Program-made: the position numbers and the translations under genes
DNA from: a bacterium
GTDB lineage: Bacteria; Margulisbacteria; Marinamargulisbacteria; GCA-2716485; JAYNIM01
Reading direction: 5' to 3'
Length of the DNA: 21,675 nt
Assembly (NCBI GenBank): GCA_038109055.1
Contig: JAYNIM010000001.1
Span: 49,270 to 70,944, forward strand
Notes under the pieces: generated by a model
Database searches by the model: none
Told to the model about the DNA's origin: nothing
Seen by the model: the letters and a program-made list of their open reading frames with translations, nothing else
Shown here: piece by piece, positions 1 to 7,377 of the stretch
Layout: each line of letters begins with the position of its first letter
Position numbering within the stretch: position 1 is the stretch's first letter

Positions 1-1
1 G

Positions 2-256
2 TTTGTTGAGCGGGTATTGAGTCGACGCCAACCACCAGGACGTGCGGGACGTTTGAATCGAATTTATTATGCCACTCAGGCTGAAAAAAAACCGCCGACG
101 TTTATGTTTTCCGTCAGAGATGATGCGTCTGTTGATGAAAACTATCGTCGTTTTCTTGAAAAATCTATTCGGACGTATTTTGAGCATTTTGAAGGGGTAG
201 GGATGCGTTTTCGTTTTAAGGGGCATCATGATGCAGGCCAAGAACACAGAAAGTGA
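2..256 (+). CDS. der: Ribosome biogenesis GTPase Der/EngA, C-terminal KH-like domain (5'-truncated by the window edge)
   Basis: Frame is open from base 2 to TGA at 254-256. 'RIYYATQ..KPPTFMF...YRRFLEKSIR..F.HFEG' matches the Der C-terminal consensus (KIYYATQ..PPTF..YxRYLEN.LR..F.F.G). Confidence 0.9.
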   Translation, partial: FVERVLSRRQPPGRAGRLNRIYYATQAEKKPPTFMFSVRDDASVDENYRRFLEKSIRTYFEHFEGVGMRFRFKGHHDAGQEHRK

Positions 257-262
257 GATGTT

Positions 263-1456
263 TTATTCCAATGAAATAAGCCCCATTTTTTTGTCTTGAA
301 AGTCGTGTAAGATCTGCGAAATGGTTTTTTCTTCGTTGATTTCTTGGTTGGGGAGGTAGTAACGTCGTTTGTGGGCGATTTGGGCGATGATTTCTTTGGG
401 GTTTTCGGCGATTTTTTCGAGTTGGTAACAGGTTTTGAGGGCGTTGGGGTAGTGTTTTTGTAGAAAGATAATGAGATAGTCACAAAGTTGTTCAAGACTG
501 AGAATCTGTTCTTTGATTGCGGCAATAAGGGCTAATTTGATGGCTTGATCTTGGTTTTCGAGATTTGGCCATAGTAGACCGGGGCTGTCCATGAGTAGTA
601 GCTCACGGCCAATCGGGATCCATTGGATTTGTTTAGTGACGCCGGGTTTATTAGCAACTTGGGCAATTTTCTTTTTGCGCCATTGGTTGATGAGTTGGGA
701 TTTTCCGACATTGGGGATACCCACGATGAGGATGTGTAAGGTGGTGTAGGCGATGTTATGGATTTTGTTTTTAGCGCGTTCTTGTTGTTGTTTGTGACAA
801 TAATCTTCAAGGAGACGGATGTCTTTGTTGTTTTTTAAATTTAGACAGAGTGTGGGGCAGTGTTGGGTTTGTTTGAGGTGTTGGCGCCATTTTTGAGTAC
901 GGTTTGGGTCGGCGAGATCTTTTTTGCTGAGGACGATGACTTTGTTTTTGTGTGCGTATAGCTTGGCTAATGTTTGGTTAAAGCTAGATTCAGGGATTCG
1001 GGCGTCTCTGAGTTCGATGACCAGATCTACCTGTTTGAGTTGGGTTTTTAGTTGGGTGAGTGTTTTGGCCATATGACCGGGGAACCAATTGATCTTTTGG
1101 GTGTTGGAGGCTTCTTTGCTTTGTTGACGTCGTTGACGACGTTCCTTTTGTTTTTTCTTTTTTTCTTGCTTTTTATTGAGCTGTTTTCCGGATTGTTGTT
1201 GTTCAAGTCGTTCACAGAGTTGGGTTTTGGCGCGATAACGGTTTCGTTCGCGTTCACGGTAAGCTTGGCAGGTGATGACCATGCCTGTGGGTAAATAGGT
1301 GAGTTGAACGGTGTTTTGTGTTTTGTTTTGTTTTTGACCGCCTTTGCCTTGGCCGCTAATGAAGCGTTCTTCTAGGTCTTTGGCTGTGATGTTTAGTTTT
1401 TTAAGACGTTTTTCTAAGGCGATCCATTTTTCAGGGGATACCAAGGGTGTAGACAT
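263..1456 (-). CDS. rbgA: Fusion protein: N-terminal RF-1-family GGQ peptidyl-tRNA hydrolase domain with basic tail, plus full-length ribosome biogenesis GTPase RbgA/YlqF
   Basis: N-terminus: 'DLEERFISGQGKGGQKQNKT..VQLTYLPTGMVITCQ..R...NR' (GGQ at 1334-1342), then a K/R/Q-rich stretch. From 1093: 'INWFPGHMAK', 'DARIP', G4 'SKKD', G1 'GIPNVGKS', G2 'PGVT', G3 'DSPG' in the circularly permuted RbgA order, ending 'DFQDKKMGLISLE'. The ATG at 1456 (1 nt after the queD stop) is preferred over the track's GTG at 1474. Confidence 0.9.
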   Translation of the reverse strand: MSTPLVSPEKWIALEKRLKKLNITAKDLEERFISGQGKGGQKQNKTQNTVQLTYLPTGMVITCQAYRERERNRYRAKTQLCERLEQQQSGKQLNKKQEKKKKQKERRQRRQQSKEASNTQKINWFPGHMAKTLTQLKTQLKQVDLVIELRDARIPESSFNQTLAKLYAHKNKVIVLSKKDLADPNRTQKWRQHLKQTQHCPTLCLNLKNNKDIRLLEDYCHKQQQERAKNKIHNIAYTTLHILIVGIPNVGKSQLINQWRKKKIAQVANKPGVTKQIQWIPIGRELLLMDSPGLLWPNLENQDQAIKLALIAAIKEQILSLEQLCDYLIIFLQKHYPNALKTCYQLEKIAENPKEIIAQIAHKRRYYLPNQEINEEKTISQILHDFQDKKMGLISLE

Positions 1457-1457
1457 A

Positions 1458-1877
1458 TTATTCCTGATATACACAGCGTGAACTACAGGTTTCTGCGATC
1501 ATGACGGATTGGATTTCACAGGGATAGTGGGGTTCTAGTTCTTTTTTTGCTTGTTGATAGATATAAGTAGCGATGACTTCGCTGGTTGGATTGTGGGGGA
1601 GGGTGATGACTTCCCAATGTTGAGTGTGGCAGAAATCTATGAGTTCGTGATCGTTTTCGTAGAGAATTAATTTATGATCGAAGTGTTTTTCTATTTGTTT
1701 TAAAAACGACTTTAATACAGCAAAATCAACACCCATATCATAGTGATTGAGTGTAGAACAGTTGACCGTGAGTTCACCCTTAAAGGAATGGCCGTGGATG
1801 TTTTTACATTTGTCTGGATAGCCTTTGGCTAAGCGGTGGGCTGCCTCAAAGGAGAATGCTTTTGTGATTTTTATCAT
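1458..1877 (-). CDS. queD: 6-carboxy-5,6,7,8-tetrahydropterin synthase (QueD/PTPS family)
   Basis: 'FEAAHRL', 'KCKNIHGHS' (CxxxHGH), 'VDF..LK', 'FDHKL', 'NPTSE', 'ETCSS'. Confidence 0.92.
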   Translation of the reverse strand: MIKITKAFSFEAAHRLAKGYPDKCKNIHGHSFKGELTVNCSTLNHYDMGVDFAVLKSFLKQIEKHFDHKLILYENDHELIDFCHTQHWEVITLPHNPTSEVIATYIYQQAKKELEPHYPCEIQSVMIAETCSSRCVYQE

Positions 1878-1954
1878 TACTTTCTTTTAGACGATCATGT
1901 TTTTGAGTTGGATTTTTTAGGTTTAAGTTTTTTCTGTTTAGTATTTGTCATTAT

Positions 1955-3631
1955 TTATGCGTCCGTTACAGCACCCTGAGAAGCTGAATTAACAAGTTTT
2001 GCATATTTGGCTAGTACGCCTCGTGTGTAGTTAGGGCTTGGTTTTGTCCAGTTTTTTTTCCGTTTTGCCATTTCAGTTTCATTTATATGTAGATGTAATG
2101 TTTGTTTTTTTGCATCAATGGTGATTTGATCACCATTTTCAATCAGGGCTAAGGGGCCGCCTTCGTAAGCTTCGGGGGTGATATGTCCCACGACAAAACC
2201 ATGTGTACCACCCGAAAAACGTCCATCCGTGATTAAGGCAACATCTTTGCCTAAGCCGCGTCCCATAACAGCGGAGGTAGGGTGTAGCATTTCGCGCATG
2301 CCAGGGCCGCCTTTTGGGCCTTCGTAGCGGATGACGATGATATCTTTCTTGATGACTTTTCCACTTAAGATTGCTTTGAGAGCTGTTTCTTCACTGTTGT
2401 AAACTTTTGCATTGCCTGTAAAACTTAGGCCTTCTTTTCCTGAAATTTTAGCAACGGCTCCTTCTGGGGCCAAATTTCCGTAGCAAATGACTAAGTGACC
2501 ATCTTTTTTGATGGCATGATCGATAGGTAAGATAATGTCTTGGTTTTTGGGGTAGTCTGGCACTGTTTCTAAATTTTCAGCCAGTGTTTTTCCTGTTACT
2601 GTCATACAATCCCCGTGTAGATAACCTGCATTTAATAAACGTTTCATTAAGGGGGTAACGCCACCTATTTCAACTAGTTTTGACATGGTGAATTTTCCGC
2701 TGGGTTTAAGGTCTGCTAAAACGGGCGTTTTTTTACCAATCCGGCTAAAATCTTCTAATGTAAGATCGATATGTGCACTGTGTGCTATTGCTAATAAATG
2801 TAGGACAGCGTTAGTAGAACCTCCAAGTGCCATCACAAGTGTTATGGCATTTTCAAAGGATTTTTTTGTTAAGATATCCAAGGGTTTCAGATCGATATCG
2901 ATCATATGTTTGACTGCGGCACCACTTTTTTCACAATCTTGCGCTTTTTCTTTGGAGATAGCCGCTAAGGCAGAACTGTTTGGTAAGCTTAAGCCTAATG
3001 CTTCAATGGCACAGGCCATGGTATTGGCGGTGTACATGCCGCCGCAAGAACCAGGGCCTGGGATTGCACAACTTTCAATATCTTTTAGGGTGTCGTCATT
3101 AATTTCTTTTTTAGCGTGTTGTCCAACGGCTTCAAAGACAGAGACAATATCGACGTCTTTACCTTTATGGCAGCCGGGCATAATAGTACCCCCATAAACA
3201 AAAATGCTAGGTCTATTTAATCGGCACATGGCAATTACACAGGCGGGCATGTTTTTATCGCAGCCACCCAAGGCTATAAAGCCATCAAAGTTTTCGCAGC
3301 CCACCACTGTTTCGATGGAATCCGCAATGACTTCTCGTGATACTAAGGAATATTTCATCCCCTCTGTGCCCATTGAAATGCCATCTGAAATAGTGATTGT
3401 GTTAAATAATACGCCTTTGGCTCCAGCGTTATTAATCCCTTTTTCAGCGTCTTTGGCTAAGTCATTGATATGCATATTACAAGGAGTGACCATGCTCCAG
3501 GTAGAGGCGATGCCAATTTGTGCTTTGTTAAAGTCATCATCGTTAAAACCAACAGCACGCAGCATTGCCCGAGAGGGGGCACGGTCTGGGCCGTCTACGA
3601 GGGTTTTGGAATAGGGGCGATTTTTTGACAT
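1955..3631 (-). CDS. ilvD: Dihydroxy-acid dehydratase
   Basis: 'PCNMH', 'SDGISMG', 'GCDKN', 'GSCGGMYTANTM', 'GGSTN', 'RYEGPKGGPGMREM', 'TDGRFSGGT', 'GHITPEA'. GGAG Shine-Dalgarno at 3641-3644. Confidence 0.97.
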   Translation of the reverse strand: MSKNRPYSKTLVDGPDRAPSRAMLRAVGFNDDDFNKAQIGIASTWSMVTPCNMHINDLAKDAEKGINNAGAKGVLFNTITISDGISMGTEGMKYSLVSREVIADSIETVVGCENFDGFIALGGCDKNMPACVIAMCRLNRPSIFVYGGTIMPGCHKGKDVDIVSVFEAVGQHAKKEINDDTLKDIESCAIPGPGSCGGMYTANTMACAIEALGLSLPNSSALAAISKEKAQDCEKSGAAVKHMIDIDLKPLDILTKKSFENAITLVMALGGSTNAVLHLLAIAHSAHIDLTLEDFSRIGKKTPVLADLKPSGKFTMSKLVEIGGVTPLMKRLLNAGYLHGDCMTVTGKTLAENLETVPDYPKNQDIILPIDHAIKKDGHLVICYGNLAPEGAVAKISGKEGLSFTGNAKVYNSEETALKAILSGKVIKKDIIVIRYEGPKGGPGMREMLHPTSAVMGRGLGKDVALITDGRFSGGTHGFVVGHITPEAYEGGPLALIENGDQITIDAKKQTLHLHINETEMAKRKKNWTKPSPNYTRGVLAKYAKLVNSASQGAVTDA

Positions 3632-3677
3632 GGGTTAGGGCTCCTTTTTTTTGGAACCTAGTATAAAGTGTTTAGCT

Positions 3678-4655
3678 TTAAAACGCTATGGAAACGCCCG
3701 CATTTGCTATGTTTTGTGTATCAAAGTCACTAGAAATACTGCTAGTTAAGGCAAGTTTTTTATTTATCTGATGCGTGATACCTATACTCATGTTTGTTTG
3801 TTGATCCAAGTCACTTGTGATGGCTGAGTTCAGGTTTAGTTTTTTGTTGGCTTTGTAATTAATCCCCACTGCAATAGCTGTATCTTGTAAAAAACTGCCA
3901 TAACCTATATTGACTGTGAGGTCTTTTGAGCCCATGTCTTGGGTAGCCATTTGTTCTGCAGCCTGCATGGCCATGCGTTTTGATAGTGTTGAAAATTCTG
4001 ACCGAAGACTGGGCGCTAATTTTGTGATATCGATGCTATTGTCTTGAAAGTCTTCATTTTGAAGGGAGCCATTTTGGATCTTGCTTGAGGTGATGCTGTT
4101 GTCTTGAAAGTCTTCATTTTGAAGGGAGCCATTTTGGATCTTGCTTGAGCTGATACTATTGTCTTGAAAGTCTTCATTTTGAAGGGAGCCATTTTGGACC
4201 TTGCTTGAGGTAATGGTGTTATTGTTAACTACTGCTGATCGTGGAGTAAATGAAGTGTCATATATTTCAGATGTTGTATTGTTTTGAATAGATATAGTAA
4301 AGTCACCATCAACATGAAATTTGAGTTCTATATTGGGTGTGATTGTTAATAGAACTTGTTCTAAAGTACGTAGATTTATCTCATTTGACATTGTTATGTC
4401 TCCTATAGATTGTTCACTATAAGGATCATCTCCAAATAAGATCCGGTTGTTTTCAATTTTTATTACGTCATCTAGGGGAATGTTAAAGTCGTCTACAAAC
4501 TCTGCTACACCCTTGTTAATGGTCCATGTATGTGTTCCATTACTTGCGATGATTTGTTGTTGACTGTTTTCTGTGACGGTTAAGTCAGCTTTTAGAATGG
4601 TTGATGGGTATAACAATACTAGTAGTAGTAGGCTCAATATCGTTTTTTTGGTCAT
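3678..4655 (-). CDS. Secreted trimeric-autotransporter-like protein (YadA-type anchor with an extra beta-hairpin) with 20-aa tandem repeats
   Basis: Signal peptide 'MTKKTILSLLLLVLL...LKA'; three SKIQNGSLQNEDFQDNS-type repeats; helix 'LSKRMAMQAA'; then 'LTVNIGYGSF..TAIAVGINYK' typical of YadA_anchor; ends in F. TAAGGAG Shine-Dalgarno upstream. Confidence 0.75.
   Translation of the reverse strand: MTKKTILSLLLLVLLYPSTILKADLTVTENSQQQIIASNGTHTWTINKGVAEFVDDFNIPLDDVIKIENNRILFGDDPYSEQSIGDITMSNEINLRTLEQVLLTITPNIELKFHVDGDFTISIQNNTTSEIYDTSFTPRSAVVNNNTITSSKVQNGSLQNEDFQDNSISSSKIQNGSLQNEDFQDNSITSSKIQNGSLQNEDFQDNSIDITKLAPSLRSEFSTLSKRMAMQAAEQMATQDMGSKDLTVNIGYGSFLQDTAIAVGINYKANKKLNLNSAITSDLDQQTNMSIGITHQINKKLALTSSISSDFDTQNIANAGVSIAF
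4032..4211. repeat. Coding tandem repeat, 3 x 60 bp (20 aa: I[TS]SSK[IV]QNGSLQNEDFQDNS)
   Basis: 'gtcttgaaagtcttcattttgaagggagccattttgga' recurs at 4041, 4101 and 4161. Confidence 0.97.
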
Positions 4656-4681
4656 GAGAGTATCTCCTTACACGTGGTGGA

Positions 4682-5587
4682 TTATAGGTCGATACCGAAG
4701 GATAGACCTGCGGCTCCTGCGATTTGTTTGTCCAAGTCGCTTGACACTGTAGCTTTAATTGCAAGATTATTGTTGATTTTATAATTGAGTCCGCTAGCTA
4801 TTGCGTTATAGCCGGAGTAAGACCCATAGCCTAGATTAAGAGTTAGTGTTTTGTTTTCTAGTGTTAGTGTTGACATAGTCATTGCTGCTTGCATGGCCAT
4901 GCCTTTTTTGAGGTCAGTAAAGGTATCTTTTACATTAGGGGCAAGTTTTTCTAGTGTGATAGTGCCATCTTGAATATCTTCATTTTGAATTGTGCCGTTT
5001 TGGATTTTGGCTGAGGTGATAGTGTTGTCTTGAATATCCTCATGTTGAATTGTGCCGTTTTGGATTTTGGCTGAGGTGATAGTGTTGTCTTGAATATCCT
5101 CATGTTGAATTGTGCCGTTTTGGATTTTGGCTGAGTTAATACTATCATTATTTATATTTGATTGGAGATTTAGTGAATGTATATCTAAGGTATCGTTATT
5201 TTCGCCACCTGTGATTGTTGCTTCATCATAGGGGTTTATATTTAGTTTAAGGTTTGAACTTGTTGTATCTTCTGTAAATAACATTTCTAAAGTATCATTA
5301 TTGATTGTATTTGTTTGAGTGTTAGAGAAATCACCCATGTTTTTAGTCCGTGGATTGATTGTATCTAAGATCATTATTTTGTTATTGACTATTTGGTAAT
5401 TTAGCTGTTGGTTACTATTTCTTTCGTCAGTGCCAATAGTAAGATTTCGGGTAGGATTGGGCCCATTTGGGTTGATTTGTGTGATGGTTACGCTGTTGTT
5501 CCCATTGTCTACAATGGTAATATTTGCTAACAATACGGATGGTAGCAGTAGGCTTAAAATAGCTAGTTTTAGTATAGGTAATTTCAT
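4682..5587 (-). CDS. Secreted trimeric-autotransporter-like protein (four-strand YadA-type anchor) with 20-aa tandem repeats; paralog of 3678..4655
   Basis: Signal peptide 'MKLPILKLAILSLLLPSVLLA'; three SAKIQNGTIQ[HN]EDIQD repeats; 'LKKGMAMQAAM..LTLNLGYGSYSGYNAIASGLNYKI..LAIKATVSS..AGAAGLSFG' fits YadA_anchor. TAAGGAG Shine-Dalgarno upstream. Confidence 0.8.
   Translation of the reverse strand: MKLPILKLAILSLLLPSVLLANITIVDNGNNSVTITQINPNGPNPTRNLTIGTDERNSNQQLNYQIVNNKIMILDTINPRTKNMGDFSNTQTNTINNDTLEMLFTEDTTSSNLKLNINPYDEATITGGENNDTLDIHSLNLQSNINNDSINSAKIQNGTIQHEDIQDNTITSAKIQNGTIQHEDIQDNTITSAKIQNGTIQNEDIQDGTITLEKLAPNVKDTFTDLKKGMAMQAAMTMSTLTLENKTLTLNLGYGSYSGYNAIASGLNYKINNNLAIKATVSSDLDKQIAGAAGLSFGIDL
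4956..5135. repeat. Coding tandem repeat, 3 x 60 bp (20 aa: ITSAKIQNGTIQHEDIQDNT)
   Basis: 'ttgaattgtgccgttttggattttggctgag' recurs at 60-bp spacing. The units starting at 5016 and 5076 are identical. Confidence 0.97.
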
Positions 5588-5782
5588 TTTTATCTCCTTA
5601 ATACAAGATTTTATTGGACTTTTTATAATAAAAGATTTTATTTAACTTTTCTACTTATTGTTTACGTTTTTTTTAAGTAGAAATTTCATTTTATAGATTT
5701 TAATTGTATTTTATTCTTAAATAATTTAATGATATAAAATTAAAATTTTAACTCGTAAAATAAAAGTAAGAATTTATTTTTT

Positions 5783-5800
5783 AAATTTAGGCCTAAATTT
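5783..5800. promoter_or_regulatory. Perfect 18-bp palindrome in the divergent promoter region; candidate operator
   Basis: aaatttaggcctaaattt equals its own reverse complement and lies between the divergent starts at 5587 and 5847. Confidence 0.4.
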
Positions 5801-5831
5801 TTAATTGTTTTGATTTTTTTTGATTATTTTT

Positions 5832-5840
5832 TGATATACT
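5832..5840 (+). promoter_or_regulatory. Extended -10 element (TGn-TATACT), 6 nt before the ATG at 5847
   Basis: tga-tatact-ttagtt-ATG; no Shine-Dalgarno upstream. Confidence 0.55.
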
Positions 5841-5846
5841 TTAGTT

Positions 5847-7349
5847 ATGACAATTTTTTCGACAGACTTTGACTTTCTTTTAATGTCTTTACGTGAACAG
5901 TTTCAGTTGTCCTCAGCGATTGCTGTTTTGCATTGGGATCAAGAAGTGTTTATGCCGGAGTTGGCTTTGCAAAGCCGTAGTGATCAATTGGCCGTATTAA
6001 CAGCGCAATTACACCGTTTGCAAAGTTCTTCTCATTTTGAAAGACAGTTGTCAGAGTTTCTTTCTTTGGAGGATGGTCAATTATTAAGAGATGATTTTTC
6101 TGTTTCTGAGAAGCGTTTGCTGTTTTTGACGTATAAACAGTGGCGTAAGGCTTCTGTATTGCCAGAATCGTTTGTGGCTGATTTTGCAGCATTGAAAAGT
6201 CAGGCTCAGTTTTATTGGCAAAAAGCCCGTTCTTCGGATGATCCTAGCGATTTTTTACCGTATTTGTCTCGGATTATCGAATCGTCTCGTTTGTATGCAG
6301 GCTACATGGATCCGCATGCAGATGCTTATGATGTATTGTTGGATGATTATGAGGAAGGTATGACAGGGACACGTTTGGAGGCTGTTTTTCAGCCCTTACA
6401 ACAAGAGTTGAAAGATCTGCTTGCGGGTATTTCTAAGAATTCAAGATTGGTCTTTGACAGACCCTTTTGTTTGGATAAACAGCAGTCTCTCAATCTTGAC
6501 TTGTTACAGGCATTGGGATTTTCTTTGTCGGAGGGGCGCTTGGATAGATCTGCGCATCCTTTTACGACCTCGTTTCATCCCAAAGATGTGCGTTTAACGA
6601 CACGTTATCAAGAAAAAGACTTATTTGAGGCACTTAGTTCAACGGTACATGAGGCGGGACATGGGTTGTATGAACAAGGACTTCCCTTGGAGTGGGCAGG
6701 GTTACCGATTGGGCAGGCCGTTTCTTTGGGAATTCATGAAAGTCAATCTCGACTTTGGGAAAATATGGTGATGAAAAGCTATCCATTTTGGCAGGGTTTT
6801 TATCCCAAGGTACAGTCGATATTTTCAGATAATTTATCAAAAGTGTCTCTTGCTGCTTTTTATCAGCATTGTTTGACGGTTAAACCAGGTTTGATTCGGG
6901 TTGAATCAGATGAAGTAACCTATAATATGCATATTTTTATTCGTTTTGATCTTGAAAGGCGATTGATCTCGGGGAAGTTAGGGGTAACGGATCTTCCAGA
7001 GGCCTGGGCAGCTGCGTATGAGGCGATGTTGGGGATTCGCCCGAAGACTTATGCGGAGGGTTTTTTGCAGGATGTACATTGGTCTTGTGGCTTGTTTGGT
7101 TATTTTCCAACGTATGCGTTGGGTAATATTTATGCTGCTCAGTTGTTTGATCAGATTAAAAAGGATTTGCCTGATATATATACGGACTTTGAAAAGGGCG
7201 ATTTTTCAGCTTTGTTAACATGGTTGCGGCAACATGTACATTCGCAGGCATCCTTGTATCAAGCGGATGATTTGATGACACGTTGTTGTGGTCGAGGATT
7301 AGATGCAGGGCCGTTTTTGGCCTATTTGCGTGAAAAATATATCGACTAA
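5847..7349 (+). CDS. Carboxypeptidase Taq family (peptidase M32) metallocarboxypeptidase
   Basis: 'LHWDQE', 'HPF', 'DVRLTT', HExxH 'HEAGH', 'HESQS', 'IRVESDE', 'GFLQDVHW', 'GYFPTY'. Confidence 0.96.
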   Translation: MTIFSTDFDFLLMSLREQFQLSSAIAVLHWDQEVFMPELALQSRSDQLAVLTAQLHRLQSSSHFERQLSEFLSLEDGQLLRDDFSVSEKRLLFLTYKQWRKASVLPESFVADFAALKSQAQFYWQKARSSDDPSDFLPYLSRIIESSRLYAGYMDPHADAYDVLLDDYEEGMTGTRLEAVFQPLQQELKDLLAGISKNSRLVFDRPFCLDKQQSLNLDLLQALGFSLSEGRLDRSAHPFTTSFHPKDVRLTTRYQEKDLFEALSSTVHEAGHGLYEQGLPLEWAGLPIGQAVSLGIHESQSRLWENMVMKSYPFWQGFYPKVQSIFSDNLSKVSLAAFYQHCLTVKPGLIRVESDEVTYNMHIFIRFDLERRLISGKLGVTDLPEAWAAAYEAMLGIRPKTYAEGFLQDVHWSCGLFGYFPTYALGNIYAAQLFDQIKKDLPDIYTDFEKGDFSALLTWLRQHVHSQASLYQADDLMTRCCGRGLDAGPFLAYLREKYID

Positions 7350-7370
7350 GCCTTTTGTTATTCGTATACT
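7342..7370 (+). promoter_or_regulatory. Candidate sigma70 promoter TCGACT-17-TATACT, 7 nt before the ATG at 7378
   Basis: Hexamers at 7342-7347 and 7365-7370. Confidence 0.4.
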
Positions 7371-7377
7371 ATAAGAG

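Noticed and set aside
1060..1130. Separate rbgA start or programmed frameshift at the fusion junction
   Set aside because: The frame is continuous. The first ATG in the RbgA part lies after WFPGH and would truncate the conserved N-terminal motif.
226..1294. Short ORFs overlapping the RF-RbgA fusion (99, 92, 69 and 80 aa)
   Set aside because: Alternate-frame or antisense products explained by the compositional skew.
1878..1954. preQ1 riboswitch upstream of queD
   Set aside because: The region is A-rich, but no P1 stem or conserved preQ1 loop could be identified.
2685..3614. Plus-strand ORFs of 170 and 136 aa
   Set aside because: Antisense shadows of ilvD with no motifs.
4032..5135. 60-bp repeats as a CRISPR array
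   Set aside because: The units are contiguous with no unique spacers, are in frame inside ORFs, and no cas genes are present.
3678..5587. Paralog pair as a diversity-generating retroelement template/variable repeat
   Set aside because: No reverse transcriptase in the window, and divergence is general rather than adenine-specific.
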